From Candidatus Levyibacteriota bacterium (GTDB lineage Bacteria > Patescibacteriota > Microgenomatia > Levybacterales > UBA12049): 64,000 bases of DNA. Both the position numbers and the translations under genes were made by a program. Where the stretch lies: positions 13,203-77,202 of the forward strand of contig DAHWUP010000002.1 in assembly GCA_027334565.1 (NCBI GenBank). Reading direction: 5' to 3'. Below are positions 29,565 to 38,030 of the stretch, piece after piece; the first letter of the stretch is position 1, and each line of letters starts with the position of its first letter. Under the pieces are notes generated by a model. It was not told the DNA's origin, made no database searches, and was given only the letters and a program-made list of their open reading frames with translations.

Positions 29565-29816
29565 ATGAATCCTAAAGAAAGCTCAAAATTACAATTATTA
29601 AGAAGGATCGAACGTAACCCTCGCTCGGAACTCGGACAGACATTTCGCATGGTCAGAGATTTGCTGCAACAAACCGCAAGGGAACAAGATATGCTTGACG
29701 GGGGAAACGGCAGGACTTTTTACAGGTATACGCTCCGCGACGCTATCGACTTGGCCTGGGAAGAAGGGGAACCAAGCAACCTTAGTATCAGAAAATTATT
29801 CGATCAACCGCACTAA
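29565..29816 (+). CDS. Hypothetical small protein (83 aa)
   Basis: ORF only. Confidence 0.35.
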   Translation: MNPKESSKLQLLRRIERNPRSELGQTFRMVRDLLQQTAREQDMLDGGNGRTFYRYTLRDAIDLAWEEGEPSNLSIRKLFDQPH

Positions 29817-29865
29817 TCAGCTTATAGTAATATGGCTTGATTAGACTTAACCTTAACCCATGCGC

Positions 29866-29871
29866 TATAAT
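29866..29871 (+). promoter_or_regulatory. -10 TATAAT 6 nt upstream of ATG 29878
   Basis: tataat, then tcgcac, then ATG. Confidence 0.45.
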
Positions 29872-29877
29872 TCGCAC

Positions 29878-30087
29878 ATGCGGAGCTTGGAATCGATGGA
29901 AAGGGCAACCCCGGAGTTTCAATCACTTTCATTAGCGGAAAAATTCAAAAGGACCCGTGAACTTTCGCAGGTGCTTGAATTGATACTGAACCGTGAACTT
30001 CCTTTGGAAGGCGCTCAGGAAATTGTCTCAATCGCTCTGGAAAGACACCTGGCGGGAAGAGTCTTAAGACATAAATTAAAACCGTGA
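29878..30087 (+). CDS. Hypothetical small protein (69 aa)
   Basis: ORF with leaderless-type promoter. ORF track gives 29860. Confidence 0.35.
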   Translation: MRSLESMERATPEFQSLSLAEKFKRTRELSQVLELILNRELPLEGAQEIVSIALERHLAGRVLRHKLKP

Positions 30088-30165
30088 CCGCCGCGCTTTA
30101 AATAATGATTAATTTAGCAGTGTAAAACATATGTTAGAACAATGGACAAAATAACCGACAAAAGT

Positions 30166-30194
30166 TTGTTTATCACTCTTATCTAAGCTATAAT
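30166..30194 (+). promoter_or_regulatory. Promoter TTGTTT-N17-TATAAT, 6 nt before ATG 30201
   Basis: ttgttt at 30166-30171, tataat at 30189-30194, then cctctc, then ATG. Confidence 0.5.
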
Positions 30195-30200
30195 CCTCTC

Positions 30201-30728
30201 ATGCTTCAGATCAATTTTTATCCCGAATGCGATAATCCGGTCTTTGAAAAAGCCGCGGAAGAATACGGGCGTCTTTGGCACGAAGAAGAAGAAAGAATTG
30301 TTGCAACAATTGAGGAAGTAAGCGGATTAAAATTCAGGGAAACAATCATAAACGCAATTGTTTACGACAGATCCTCTTATTCAAAACCACTTAGCCTGGA
30401 AGCAAAACTTTCTAAAGATGATAAGAAAGAAGCATTGATTCATGAAATCTGTCATCGGTTACTGCTGGGCAATAAAATAAGGTGGGAAAAATTAAAAGGC
30501 AAACACGCTTCCTACTTGATATCCCATAAACCCTTGGATTTAATTCTATATGACATTCTTGTAAAACTATACGGAAAAAACTTTGCCAAAAAAAGTGTAG
30601 AAACCGAAATAAATGAATGGCAGAAATGGGGCGGGATCGGTGTAAGTCCTTATAAATTGGCCTGGGACTGGGCGCTGGCAATGAGCGGAGAAGACAGGCA
30701 AAGGGAATTCAAAAAATATTTGTTATAG
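30201..30728 (+). CDS. Hypothetical protein with HExxH motif (HEICH), putative minimal zinc metallopeptidase
   Basis: EALIHEICHRLLLGN contains HExxH. No other assignable domain. Confidence 0.45.
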   Translation: MLQINFYPECDNPVFEKAAEEYGRLWHEEEERIVATIEEVSGLKFRETIINAIVYDRSSYSKPLSLEAKLSKDDKKEALIHEICHRLLLGNKIRWEKLKGKHASYLISHKPLDLILYDILVKLYGKNFAKKSVETEINEWQKWGGIGVSPYKLAWDWALAMSGEDRQREFKKYLL

Positions 30729-30756
30729 ATATAGTATAGTAATTAATACGGAGGTA

Positions 30757-30785
30757 TTGACATTTTTATAGACCTCTAGTATAAT
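30757..30785 (+). promoter_or_regulatory. Perfect consensus sigma70 promoter TTGACA-N17-TATAAT, 6 nt before ATG 30792
   Basis: ttgaca at 30757-30762, 17-nt spacer, tataat at 30780-30785, then gtacgc, then ATG. Confidence 0.6.
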
Positions 30786-30791
30786 GTACGC

Positions 30792-31238
30792 ATGAAATTT
30801 TTTGAGAGACGGATTCCTGGAAGGGCGCAGGCGATAGCGGAGGAAATTGCGATATCCGAAGCTGTCCAGCCGGCACAACCGATTTACGTCTGGAAAGATG
30901 AAAGAAGCGAAGAGGAAGAAGAGCAACTACGACTGGCCGCTCTTAACCACAGTTATGCCTCAACATTGATTGGCGAATTAAACGGACACCCACAGGTTGA
31001 AGTCGAAAATCCGGACTCCTGGTATCCTAATGTATATATCCATGACGAACGCTTTCCCGATGACGTTCATTACCGCATCGGATTTGTAGGCAGGTTAGAC
31101 GGGGGAGTTACCATCGGACACATTGATTTAAACCGAAGACAGGCTATAGACCCTCAACTGGTAACAAACGCGTTCAATCAGGCGCGTGAAACAGCCGAAC
31201 CGATCTTCGGAAAACTTCGATTAGACGCTAATCGATAA
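30792..31238 (+). CDS. Hypothetical acidic protein (148 aa)
   Basis: ORF plus consensus promoter. Confidence 0.45.
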   Translation: MKFFERRIPGRAQAIAEEIAISEAVQPAQPIYVWKDERSEEEEEQLRLAALNHSYASTLIGELNGHPQVEVENPDSWYPNVYIHDERFPDDVHYRIGFVGRLDGGVTIGHIDLNRRQAIDPQLVTNAFNQARETAEPIFGKLRLDANR

Positions 31239-31304
31239 ATAGACCGTAAAAAACACCCCTACACAACAATTATTTAAAACACAAAATGATATAATACTCA
31301 CTTA

Positions 31305-31634
31305 ATGTTAAGCGAAAGTGAACCAACGCTAAGATTGATACGGGGTGGCGTCAGCGGTTTGGAAAATGAACTTACCAACGGCCTATATTCCGTCAAGGTG
31401 GTCAGATCGCCGCTTGGCCGGACCGTAAGCGATACCGGCACAACCATTATCGGTAGGAGTCAGGGAGTTTCAATAACCGTAGAAACGGACGGTAAAACAG
31501 TCCACGAAGAACGGGTTTATCCGGTCTTTACAAGCATAAGAGACAGATTCGGTATCGAAGTTAAAAAACCGTTTTATGACGAAAGAATTGTACTGGCACA
31601 AAACAGAGCGGTACGGATTGCCTCGAAACTTTAG
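31305..31634 (+). CDS. Hypothetical protein (109 aa)
   Basis: ORF. TGaTATAAT at 31287-31295 lies upstream. Confidence 0.4.
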   Translation: MLSESEPTLRLIRGGVSGLENELTNGLYSVKVVRSPLGRTVSDTGTTIIGRSQGVSITVETDGKTVHEERVYPVFTSIRDRFGIEVKKPFYDERIVLAQNRAVRIASKL

Positions 31635-31783
31635 TTCTTACCCTGATATTCTGCTTTGAAGTCAACGGTGATATAATAACTCCATGCCAGAGCAAGGGGT
31701 CGAAAGATCAAGGGGACCTGCGTTTTTGGAAAGAATCGAATATGCTTTTGTTCATCTGATCTTGGAAAGGACCGTTAAGTTTC

Positions 31784-32011
31784 ATGGCAAATTTTGAATC
31801 CGAAAACAAAATCACTTTAAGAAATGTGGGCAACAAAAACTTACAAGAGGCGTATAGAGCTGTCGCTTCGGTTCTCCTGAAAGAACTCCCTCATGCAAAA
31901 TTCTTTAGAGAAGGGCTTGATGACGCCGATGTCAGAAATTCCGAGCTTGGAATATGGGCGATACAAAAAGCCGGAAATTTCGGTTCTTCCCGTACCGGAG
32001 TAATTTCGTAA
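31784..32011 (+). CDS. Hypothetical small protein (75 aa)
   Basis: ORF only. Confidence 0.3.
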   Translation: MANFESENKITLRNVGNKNLQEAYRAVASVLLKELPHAKFFREGLDDADVRNSELGIWAIQKAGNFGSSRTGVIS

Positions 32012-32018
32012 CGCAAAT

Positions 32019-32047
32019 TTGGTTTTGTAATCTGTCTTCGCTATAAT
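32019..32047 (+). promoter_or_regulatory. Promoter TTGGTT-N17-TATAAT, 6 nt before ATG 32054
   Basis: ttggtt at 32019-32024, tataat at 32042-32047, then ccgcat, then ATG. Confidence 0.5.
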
Positions 32048-32053
32048 CCGCAT

Positions 32054-32599
32054 ATGCAAACTTATGAAGTCGAATTAAGAGCATTTATTTCCAAAACGCA
32101 ATACACGAATCTTCTTAAAAAATTCGGTTCGCTATCAAAAGGAGAACAGGATAATGCTCGTACCTACACTTTTGTGACATCGGATATCAACATAAAGGTC
32201 AAAAACCTGATTTCAAGGAAAAAGGCGAAAATCACCGTCAAAAATGGCGCTGAGTACAGACAGGACGTCAAAGAAACGGAGCTTGAAATCGATCCCAAAA
32301 ATGTTTTAAAAGCCGTTGAGTTAGTCAAGGCCATCACGGGATTCAAACAATTCATACCGAGTTTTCAAAAACGCATCAACTTTATGATCAACGGCATTGC
32401 AGTTTCCGTAAAAAACGACACACACTGGAAATATCACGTCGAGGCCGAAATACTGGTAAAAAACAAAAAGGAAATTCCTGCCGCTAAAAAGAAGTTGAGA
32501 AAGTTTTTTGAAGGATACGGACTTAAACCCGAAAGCGAAAAAAATTTAAGAAAAAAAATAAATCATTACATATCAAAGTATGGTTTTAAAAAAATATAG
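32054..32599 (+). CDS. Hypothetical Lys-rich protein, possibly CYTH-like (triphosphate tunnel metalloenzyme) fold
   Basis: N-terminal MQTYEVELRAF resembles the CYTH ExExK/R motif. The 181-aa size fits CYTH. Weak support. Confidence 0.4.
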   Translation: MQTYEVELRAFISKTQYTNLLKKFGSLSKGEQDNARTYTFVTSDINIKVKNLISRKKAKITVKNGAEYRQDVKETELEIDPKNVLKAVELVKAITGFKQFIPSFQKRINFMINGIAVSVKNDTHWKYHVEAEILVKNKKEIPAAKKKLRKFFEGYGLKPESEKNLRKKINHYISKYGFKKI

Positions 32600-32649
32600 C
32601 GCTTGAGAAATATTCGACAACCCTTGGCAACTGAGGTATAATTTCCGAC

Positions 32650-33099
32650 ATGGAAAGTGAAGCGCGCATCGTCGATGTTATCCAAACCCATGGGAAAATA
32701 CACGTTTATTCGACCGTAGACTATGGTGATGGAGAATCACATAGAAGCGAACCAACGCCTTACCCCTCGTTCGAAACAGCCGAACAGCAGCTCGGAAACG
32801 AAATCAAAGACTCCTCGGTAAAACAGGATATCTATCGCAATTTAAAAAAAGTTGAAGCGGCGGCTTTTGGATTGATAGTGTTAAAAGACCTGATTACAAC
32901 CCAGATGAGTAACAGAGCCGACACGGATTTAATTCCCATCATCTCGGTGGCCGGGATATTCGTATTTACCAATATTGTCGATGCATTCAACAGCAACCGA
33001 CTGGTTTCGTCAAGACAAGAATACGCTGCAGTGGTTGAAGCCAAGGATAAAAACCTAGTCCAATATGAAAGGGTCTTTCCGCTTTATGATGAAGAATAA
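32650..33099 (+). CDS. Hypothetical protein (149 aa)
   Basis: ORF. TATAAT at 32637-32642 lies 7 nt upstream. Confidence 0.4.
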   Translation: MESEARIVDVIQTHGKIHVYSTVDYGDGESHRSEPTPYPSFETAEQQLGNEIKDSSVKQDIYRNLKKVEAAAFGLIVLKDLITTQMSNRADTDLIPIISVAGIFVFTNIVDAFNSNRLVSSRQEYAAVVEAKDKNLVQYERVFPLYDEE

Positions 33100-33186
33100 A
33101 TTACCAATCGGGAAAAGTACCCCCGTAATATTTGAAATTTAAACAGTTTATTTGATATTTTTTATTTTTTTGCTACAATTTGCGTC

Positions 33187-33630
33187 ATGGCTTTACTTGA
33201 AGCGGGCAGATTCAAAGAACAACCTATCCCCATAGTAACCGACAGAGAACGGGAAATTCCCCATGACCTTATCGATCCTGATTACTCCGACAAAAGATTC
33301 GTAGAATCGAGCGCGGCAACCACAGTCTTTTTGGATCCCGGATCCCGGACGGTGACCAGTATGGGCTTGGAATTCGTTCCCGGCGCCCACTACGAATATG
33401 ACGACAGACTGTTGCAGAAAAACCACGAAGCTTATCAGAAAGCCTGGGAAAAGGCTTCCGAGCTGACAGACGGAACCAGAAATGCCCGCTTTTATGAGGA
33501 ATTTCTAAGGACTTTATATCAAAATCCCCATACGAAACTGGTACATATCTTAACTGGTATCAACCGGGGCAACGGTTTTTCGTACCGGGCTTTTGGAACA
33601 ATAGATACATCGATACAGCCCCAACAATAA
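33187..33630 (+). CDS. Hypothetical protein (147 aa)
   Basis: ORF. TGcTACAAT at 33171-33179 lies 7 nt upstream, with TTGATA at -35. Confidence 0.4.
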   Translation: MALLEAGRFKEQPIPIVTDREREIPHDLIDPDYSDKRFVESSAATTVFLDPGSRTVTSMGLEFVPGAHYEYDDRLLQKNHEAYQKAWEKASELTDGTRNARFYEEFLRTLYQNPHTKLVHILTGINRGNGFSYRAFGTIDTSIQPQQ

Positions 33631-33731
33631 ATAATTACGGTAATATTTTGAAGATGGAAAAACCTATGTTTTAGAAAAAAATTTTGGCCGGAAAAGTTGG
33701 CAGGATAAAAAATAAACCGGTTTTTATCGAC

Positions 33732-34484
33732 TTAAGAGGGTTTAAAGTGATCTTTCCAGTCTTTTGGCCCAAACTGCCCGAACGGACGGCCGGTAAGATG
33801 GGCCAACATCTCTTCTTCGCTTACGCCCATCGCCTGAAGCTGTCCGACCCTATGCTTTGCCAAATGATGAAGTTTGCCGGGATCTTCACCCTCCATCCAA
33901 TAGTCATCAACGTCCAAATAATACTTCATAAAAAGTGCGGCAAAGGCGTCCGCTTTCATCTCTTCGAATATGGTTTCCTCAATGTGCTCTCCCAGCGAAT
34001 GTCCGTATTCGTGGGCCAGAATCTCCATAACATCTTCATGTTCGACCTGGGTGGTATCTTTGCCGAACCCCAATCTTATCCTGAATCCTACCGGCAACCT
34101 GGTCAAGTCACCGGCAATTCCGTTAAGTATATAGGGGCCGTATTTTCTGACCAAAGCCAGCTGATCTTCGGGAAGCTTGGGTATCATTTTACTTGCGGGA
34201 ATAAAATATATTTCGCGGTCGTCTAAGGGAAGCTCCACACCGGTGAGCCCGCTTATCTGTCCGATCGTATCCCTGTACTCGGCGATGACATTCCTTCTTG
34301 ACCAGGGTCTTATTCCTTCCACGATTTCTTCTTGGGAATCGGTGGTCTGATTGTTGTTTAAAACCTCATCATTAGAATCGTTGATAACATCCATTCCTCT
34401 TTTCCTAAACAAGGAAAAGGTCCTCGGGCTTCTTGGAGCCCTCGGCGCTGTAAATTTAACGCCTTCGAAATATCTTTCTTTCAT
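33732..34484 (-). CDS. Putative zinc metallopeptidase (HEYGH motif; ImmA/IrrE-like)
   Basis: ILAHEYGHSLGEHIEE fits the HExxH...H pattern of M78 (ImmA/IrrE) peptidases. Chosen over the overlapping antisense ORF 33684..34226. Confidence 0.55.
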   Translation of the reverse strand: MKERYFEGVKFTAPRAPRSPRTFSLFRKRGMDVINDSNDEVLNNNQTTDSQEEIVEGIRPWSRRNVIAEYRDTIGQISGLTGVELPLDDREIYFIPASKMIPKLPEDQLALVRKYGPYILNGIAGDLTRLPVGFRIRLGFGKDTTQVEHEDVMEILAHEYGHSLGEHIEETIFEEMKADAFAALFMKYYLDVDDYWMEGEDPGKLHHLAKHRVGQLQAMGVSEEEMLAHLTGRPFGQFGPKDWKDHFKPS

Positions 34485-34585
34485 AAATGCGAATTATAGC
34501 GCATTTTCGGGCAAAATTAAAACTTAGAATTGTTTGCATTTTACGGTTCCAAAGAGTATAAAAATAATATATCAGATAAAATCAC

Positions 34586-36031
34586 ATGTTTGGTTCATTT
34601 AATAAATGGTTTAATAAACCAAGAACTAACCAGTTAGGGTTTTTAATCATATTTTTCTTCTTTTTAATTTACCTGACCTTGTCCCTGGTAACCCATTTTC
34701 ATTTTTTATCCGGATATGACCTTGCGATAGTTAACCAATATGTTTATGAGTGGTCGCATTTTAAAATTCCCGTATCAACGGTAAGCGCTTATCCGTTTTT
34801 GCCTTTTTATACCGACCATATCGAACTCATATTCATGCTTCTTTCTCCTTTTTACTGGATTTATCCCAACGCCGTCACTTTGCTTGTTTTGCAGGCCTTT
34901 TTTATGGCGCTTTCCGGTATCGCCGTTTTGTTTCTTTGCCAAAGATACAAGATCAATTCGTTTCTTACCTTGTCCATTTTGACCTCCTACCTGTCTTTTT
35001 ACGGCATCCAGTTCGCTGTTTATTACGATGCGCACAGTCTGGTTTTTGGGGCCGCATTCCTGGCTTTTTTTATATATTTTCTGGATAAAAATTCAAGATG
35101 GTCCATTTTGTTTTTTCTTCTAGCGGTTACGTCAAAAGAGGATATCGCGCTCCTGACGCTTTTGCTCTCTTTTATTGTTTTTGCCGTCAAAAGGACCAAG
35201 CTGAGTTTTTATTTCATGCTCGGTTCGGTACTTTACTTGATTATGATCTTTATGGTCATTTTCCCGCATCTTGCCCAAGGATTCGGGGCGCAAAAGCAAA
35301 AAAATATAAACTTCGACCCTAGAAACTTCGTCAATACCGGGACAAAAATCGAGGTGATAGGCTATTCGCTGGGGTGGTTCGGTTTGCTGCCCTTGTTTTT
35401 GCCTTTATATCTTATTCCGTTCTTAGGCGACCTGTTCCATTATTTTGTGCTGGGTGAAGCGGTATCAACCGCGCAGGGCTTTTACTATCATTACCGGGTG
35501 ACCATCGCCATCTTGCTCACCTATCCGACTATCTTGGTTATAAGCAAGTCAAAAATCCTTAACCGAAGATACACCGGCTTATATCTTCTTCTGTGTGCGC
35601 TACTTTTTACTTATTTGATCCACGCGCCATTTACTTACCTTGCAAAAAAATGGTTCTGGACAAAGCCCCGCTCGGCCGGTGAGATCACCAAAGTATTGGC
35701 GTATCTGCCGAACAACGCTTCGGTTGTAGCACAAAACAACATTACATCACATATTTCAAACCGGATGAATGTTTTTACTCTCTGGCCGGATAAAAGAACA
35801 TTCAAAACCGGTTCGCCCTGCCAAAAACCGGTCTGTGACTGGTTTAAGTGGTCCGGAAACCCGCAATATCTGGTCGTTGATACGTCTACCGCTTGGGATG
35901 CCCGCTTTTTTTTAACCGACAGGCAAAGTTTTATTTTAGGACTTGACAACATGGAAAAAGAAGGGATCATTAAAAAGTATGTACAGGCGGACACTTCGGT
36001 TTTGTATAAGATTCAAAAACCTCCGTATTGA
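34586..36031 (+). CDS. Polytopic membrane protein, DUF2079 / GT-C-fold glycosyltransferase-like
   Basis: About 11 predicted TM helices in the N-terminal 350 aa plus a C-terminal soluble domain. Architecture and size match DUF2079-type membrane proteins. Confidence 0.5.
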   Translation: MFGSFNKWFNKPRTNQLGFLIIFFFFLIYLTLSLVTHFHFLSGYDLAIVNQYVYEWSHFKIPVSTVSAYPFLPFYTDHIELIFMLLSPFYWIYPNAVTLLVLQAFFMALSGIAVLFLCQRYKINSFLTLSILTSYLSFYGIQFAVYYDAHSLVFGAAFLAFFIYFLDKNSRWSILFFLLAVTSKEDIALLTLLLSFIVFAVKRTKLSFYFMLGSVLYLIMIFMVIFPHLAQGFGAQKQKNINFDPRNFVNTGTKIEVIGYSLGWFGLLPLFLPLYLIPFLGDLFHYFVLGEAVSTAQGFYYHYRVTIAILLTYPTILVISKSKILNRRYTGLYLLLCALLFTYLIHAPFTYLAKKWFWTKPRSAGEITKVLAYLPNNASVVAQNNITSHISNRMNVFTLWPDKRTFKTGSPCQKPVCDWFKWSGNPQYLVVDTSTAWDARFFLTDRQSFILGLDNMEKEGIIKKYVQADTSVLYKIQKPPY

Positions 36032-36079
36032 TTTGGCTTTGTAAACGAAAAAGTTTGAGGGATTTAGCCGTTGGGCATA

Positions 36080-36107
36080 TTGACAACGCCTTAACTATTT
36101 GTATAAT
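36080..36107 (+). promoter_or_regulatory. Promoter TTGACA-N16-TATAAT, 6 nt before ATG 36114
   Basis: ttgaca at 36080-36085, tgtataat at 36100-36107, then cctaac, then ATG. Confidence 0.55.
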
Positions 36108-36113
36108 CCTAAC

Positions 36114-36584
36114 ATGGCAGAGATATTAAGAAGAACTCTTGGTTCCGACCTCCACGAACCCTTACCCGGCTCACCCAAACCTCCGCGAATCGACGCGAAG
36201 CTGGAAAGATTATTCGAGAAAGCAGATTCGGCAGAAGCCGAAGGCCTTGAAGACACACCACGCAGGTTTCGTCTGGCTGCCGCAGGCGCATTGGAAAGAT
36301 ACGAGTCATTCCGTCCCGTAAATCCCGATGAGCAAGTTTTGCAGGCCGAATACGGAGATATGGCGCTAAGAGGTTATCTTGGGGCTGGTGATACCGAAGA
36401 AGCCGTAGACCTTGCGGAAAGATTAGCAAAATCGGCACCCAGTGCACATTATTTTGAAAGAGTAACAAAAAGACTGCAACTCGCAGATCCGAGTTTGTTA
36501 AACGAACTTTTAAGAAGAAGGGAAGCCGTGCGCCGTTCGTTTGAAGATTTCCATCTTACACTACATTCTAAACCCGTAAAATAA
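36114..36584 (+). CDS. Hypothetical Ala/Arg/Glu-rich helical protein
   Basis: ORF downstream of a consensus promoter. ORF-track start 36099 overlaps the -10. Antisense ORF 36109..36468 judged spurious. Confidence 0.4.
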   Translation: MAEILRRTLGSDLHEPLPGSPKPPRIDAKLERLFEKADSAEAEGLEDTPRRFRLAAAGALERYESFRPVNPDEQVLQAEYGDMALRGYLGAGDTEEAVDLAERLAKSAPSAHYFERVTKRLQLADPSLLNELLRRREAVRRSFEDFHLTLHSKPVK

Positions 36585-36630
36585 CTTCAAGCAAATTCGA
36601 ATCCAAAGCCGGAAGTGGTATAATTTTTTT

Positions 36631-37227
36631 GTGGCCAACGACCTGGTGAAACAAAGTTACGAAAAAGTAGCGAAAGACTATGTCTCAAAACGGGATCAGT
36701 TCAAAAGTTTAAAATATCTGGAACGGTTTTCGCAGCTGGTCAAACAGGGAGGTGCAATTCTGGACGTTGGCTGCGGCGCAGGCCTTCCCGTCGATAGATT
36801 TCTGATAAAAAAGGGTTTTTCCGTAAACGGATTGGATATTTCGCCAAAAATGGTAAAGCTTGCAAAGCGGAATGTCCCGCAGGCTTTTTTCGAAGTCAAA
36901 GACATGTCAGAACTTAATAAAGGAGAGTATCGCGTTGACGGAATCGTTTCTTTTTATGCCATATTCCACATTGGAAGAGAACAGCATCAGGATCTTTTGA
37001 AAAAATTTGCATCTTTCATGCCAAACGGAGGACCTATACTCGTGACAATGGGGGCAGAAGAATGGGAGGGGACGGAAGAAAACTTCCATGGAGAAAAAAT
37101 GTTCTGGAGTTTCTACGGAAAAGAGAAAAACAGAAAACTTTTGGAAAACGCGGGATTTAAAATTTTATCGGATGAAATCGATACTTCTGGCAACGAAAGA
37201 CACCAGATAATTATTGCCAAAATTTAA
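36631..37227 (+). CDS. Class I SAM-dependent methyltransferase
   Basis: Motif I ILDVGCGAGLP and motif II/III spacing typical of the Methyltransf_11/25 family. GTG start preceded by TGgTATAAT at 36616-36624. Confidence 0.8.
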   Translation: MANDLVKQSYEKVAKDYVSKRDQFKSLKYLERFSQLVKQGGAILDVGCGAGLPVDRFLIKKGFSVNGLDISPKMVKLAKRNVPQAFFEVKDMSELNKGEYRVDGIVSFYAIFHIGREQHQDLLKKFASFMPNGGPILVTMGAEEWEGTEENFHGEKMFWSFYGKEKNRKLLENAGFKILSDEIDTSGNERHQIIIAKI

Positions 37228-37265
37228 TCTCCGAGGCTGAAAGTGTTATAATTAAAAAAGCTTCC

Positions 37266-38003
37266 ATGAGACGGAGGAAAATTAAACAAACTACTAAATC
37301 CTCGATAAAAGCCGGCGTAAATATTGTTCTCTTGGCATTATTAATTTTAATATTTATTTTTTACCTTGTATTTACTTACCAAAAACAAATATTTGGGATT
37401 GCTGGAATTTCAAACAGCAAAACTGACAATTTTACTCAAAAGATAGAAGACTTAAAATTTATATCACCGTCTCCAACTAGAACCCCAACACCGACACCGA
37501 CACCAATAATTAACAACTACCAAAATAATGGACAGACAAATAATCTTAATGCACAATGGGGCGTTGCTAAACAAACGGGTTCGGATACTTGGTCGCAACA
37601 AATAGGTTGTGATAACAAAATGGGCACACCTGATGATGTTTTTCAGGCGTTAAATAATTATAGGCACGTACACAACGTTGGTGGGCTAACTTGGAATGAT
37701 AATTTGGCTGCGGAAGCACAATCCAGAGCGGATTATTTTAATTCGATTGGTAAAATTGATGATCACGTTGGACTAAATGATTTTCTAAATAACCAAAACG
37801 GATTTAATAAATTAGGATTTGGATACGTTGGAGAAAATTCTTCATTGGGACAATGTCCATTACTAGGAGTCCACATAATCGAATGGATTTTTGCTTCAGA
37901 TCAACCTCATAACGCAAATCAATTAAATCGCGATTGGGGTTATGTTGGAGTAGGTGTAAGTGGTTATGCTGTTGATTTAATCTTCGGCGCAGATAAATAT
38001 TAA
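37266..38003 (+). CDS. Membrane-anchored CAP/SCP (PR-1-like) domain protein with Thr-Pro linker
   Basis: N-terminal TM helix, TRTPTPTPTP linker, CAP motifs (HNVGGLTWNDNLA..., GENSS, WGYVGVG). Confidence 0.65.
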   Translation: MRRRKIKQTTKSSIKAGVNIVLLALLILIFIFYLVFTYQKQIFGIAGISNSKTDNFTQKIEDLKFISPSPTRTPTPTPTPIINNYQNNGQTNNLNAQWGVAKQTGSDTWSQQIGCDNKMGTPDDVFQALNNYRHVHNVGGLTWNDNLAAEAQSRADYFNSIGKIDDHVGLNDFLNNQNGFNKLGFGYVGENSSLGQCPLLGVHIIEWIFASDQPHNANQLNRDWGYVGVGVSGYAVDLIFGADKY

Positions 38004-38015
38004 CTAATCTGAAAA

Positions 38016-38024
38016 TGCTATAAT
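38016..38024 (+). promoter_or_regulatory. Extended -10 TGcTATAAT 6 nt upstream of GTG 38031
   Basis: tgctataat, then ccagtc, then GTG. Confidence 0.45.
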
Positions 38025-38030
38025 CCAGTC

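Noticed and set aside
33684-34226. Plus-strand ORF of 180 aa antisense to the HEYGH peptidase gene
   Set aside because: Shorter than the minus-strand ORF, lacks motifs, and is embedded entirely in it. The minus-strand product has a coherent metallopeptidase motif.
28000-34500. Calling the ORFan block a compositional (GC) island
   Set aside because: Spot counts give about 45-50% GC both inside the block and in the pilus operon or flanks. Composition alone does not distinguish it, so the accessory interpretation rests on gene content and promoter structure.
36109-36468. Minus-strand 119-aa ORF antisense to 36114..36584
   Set aside because: The plus-strand gene is supported by a consensus TTGACA/TATAAT promoter 6 nt from its ATG. 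The antisense ORF is a by-product of locally higher GC.
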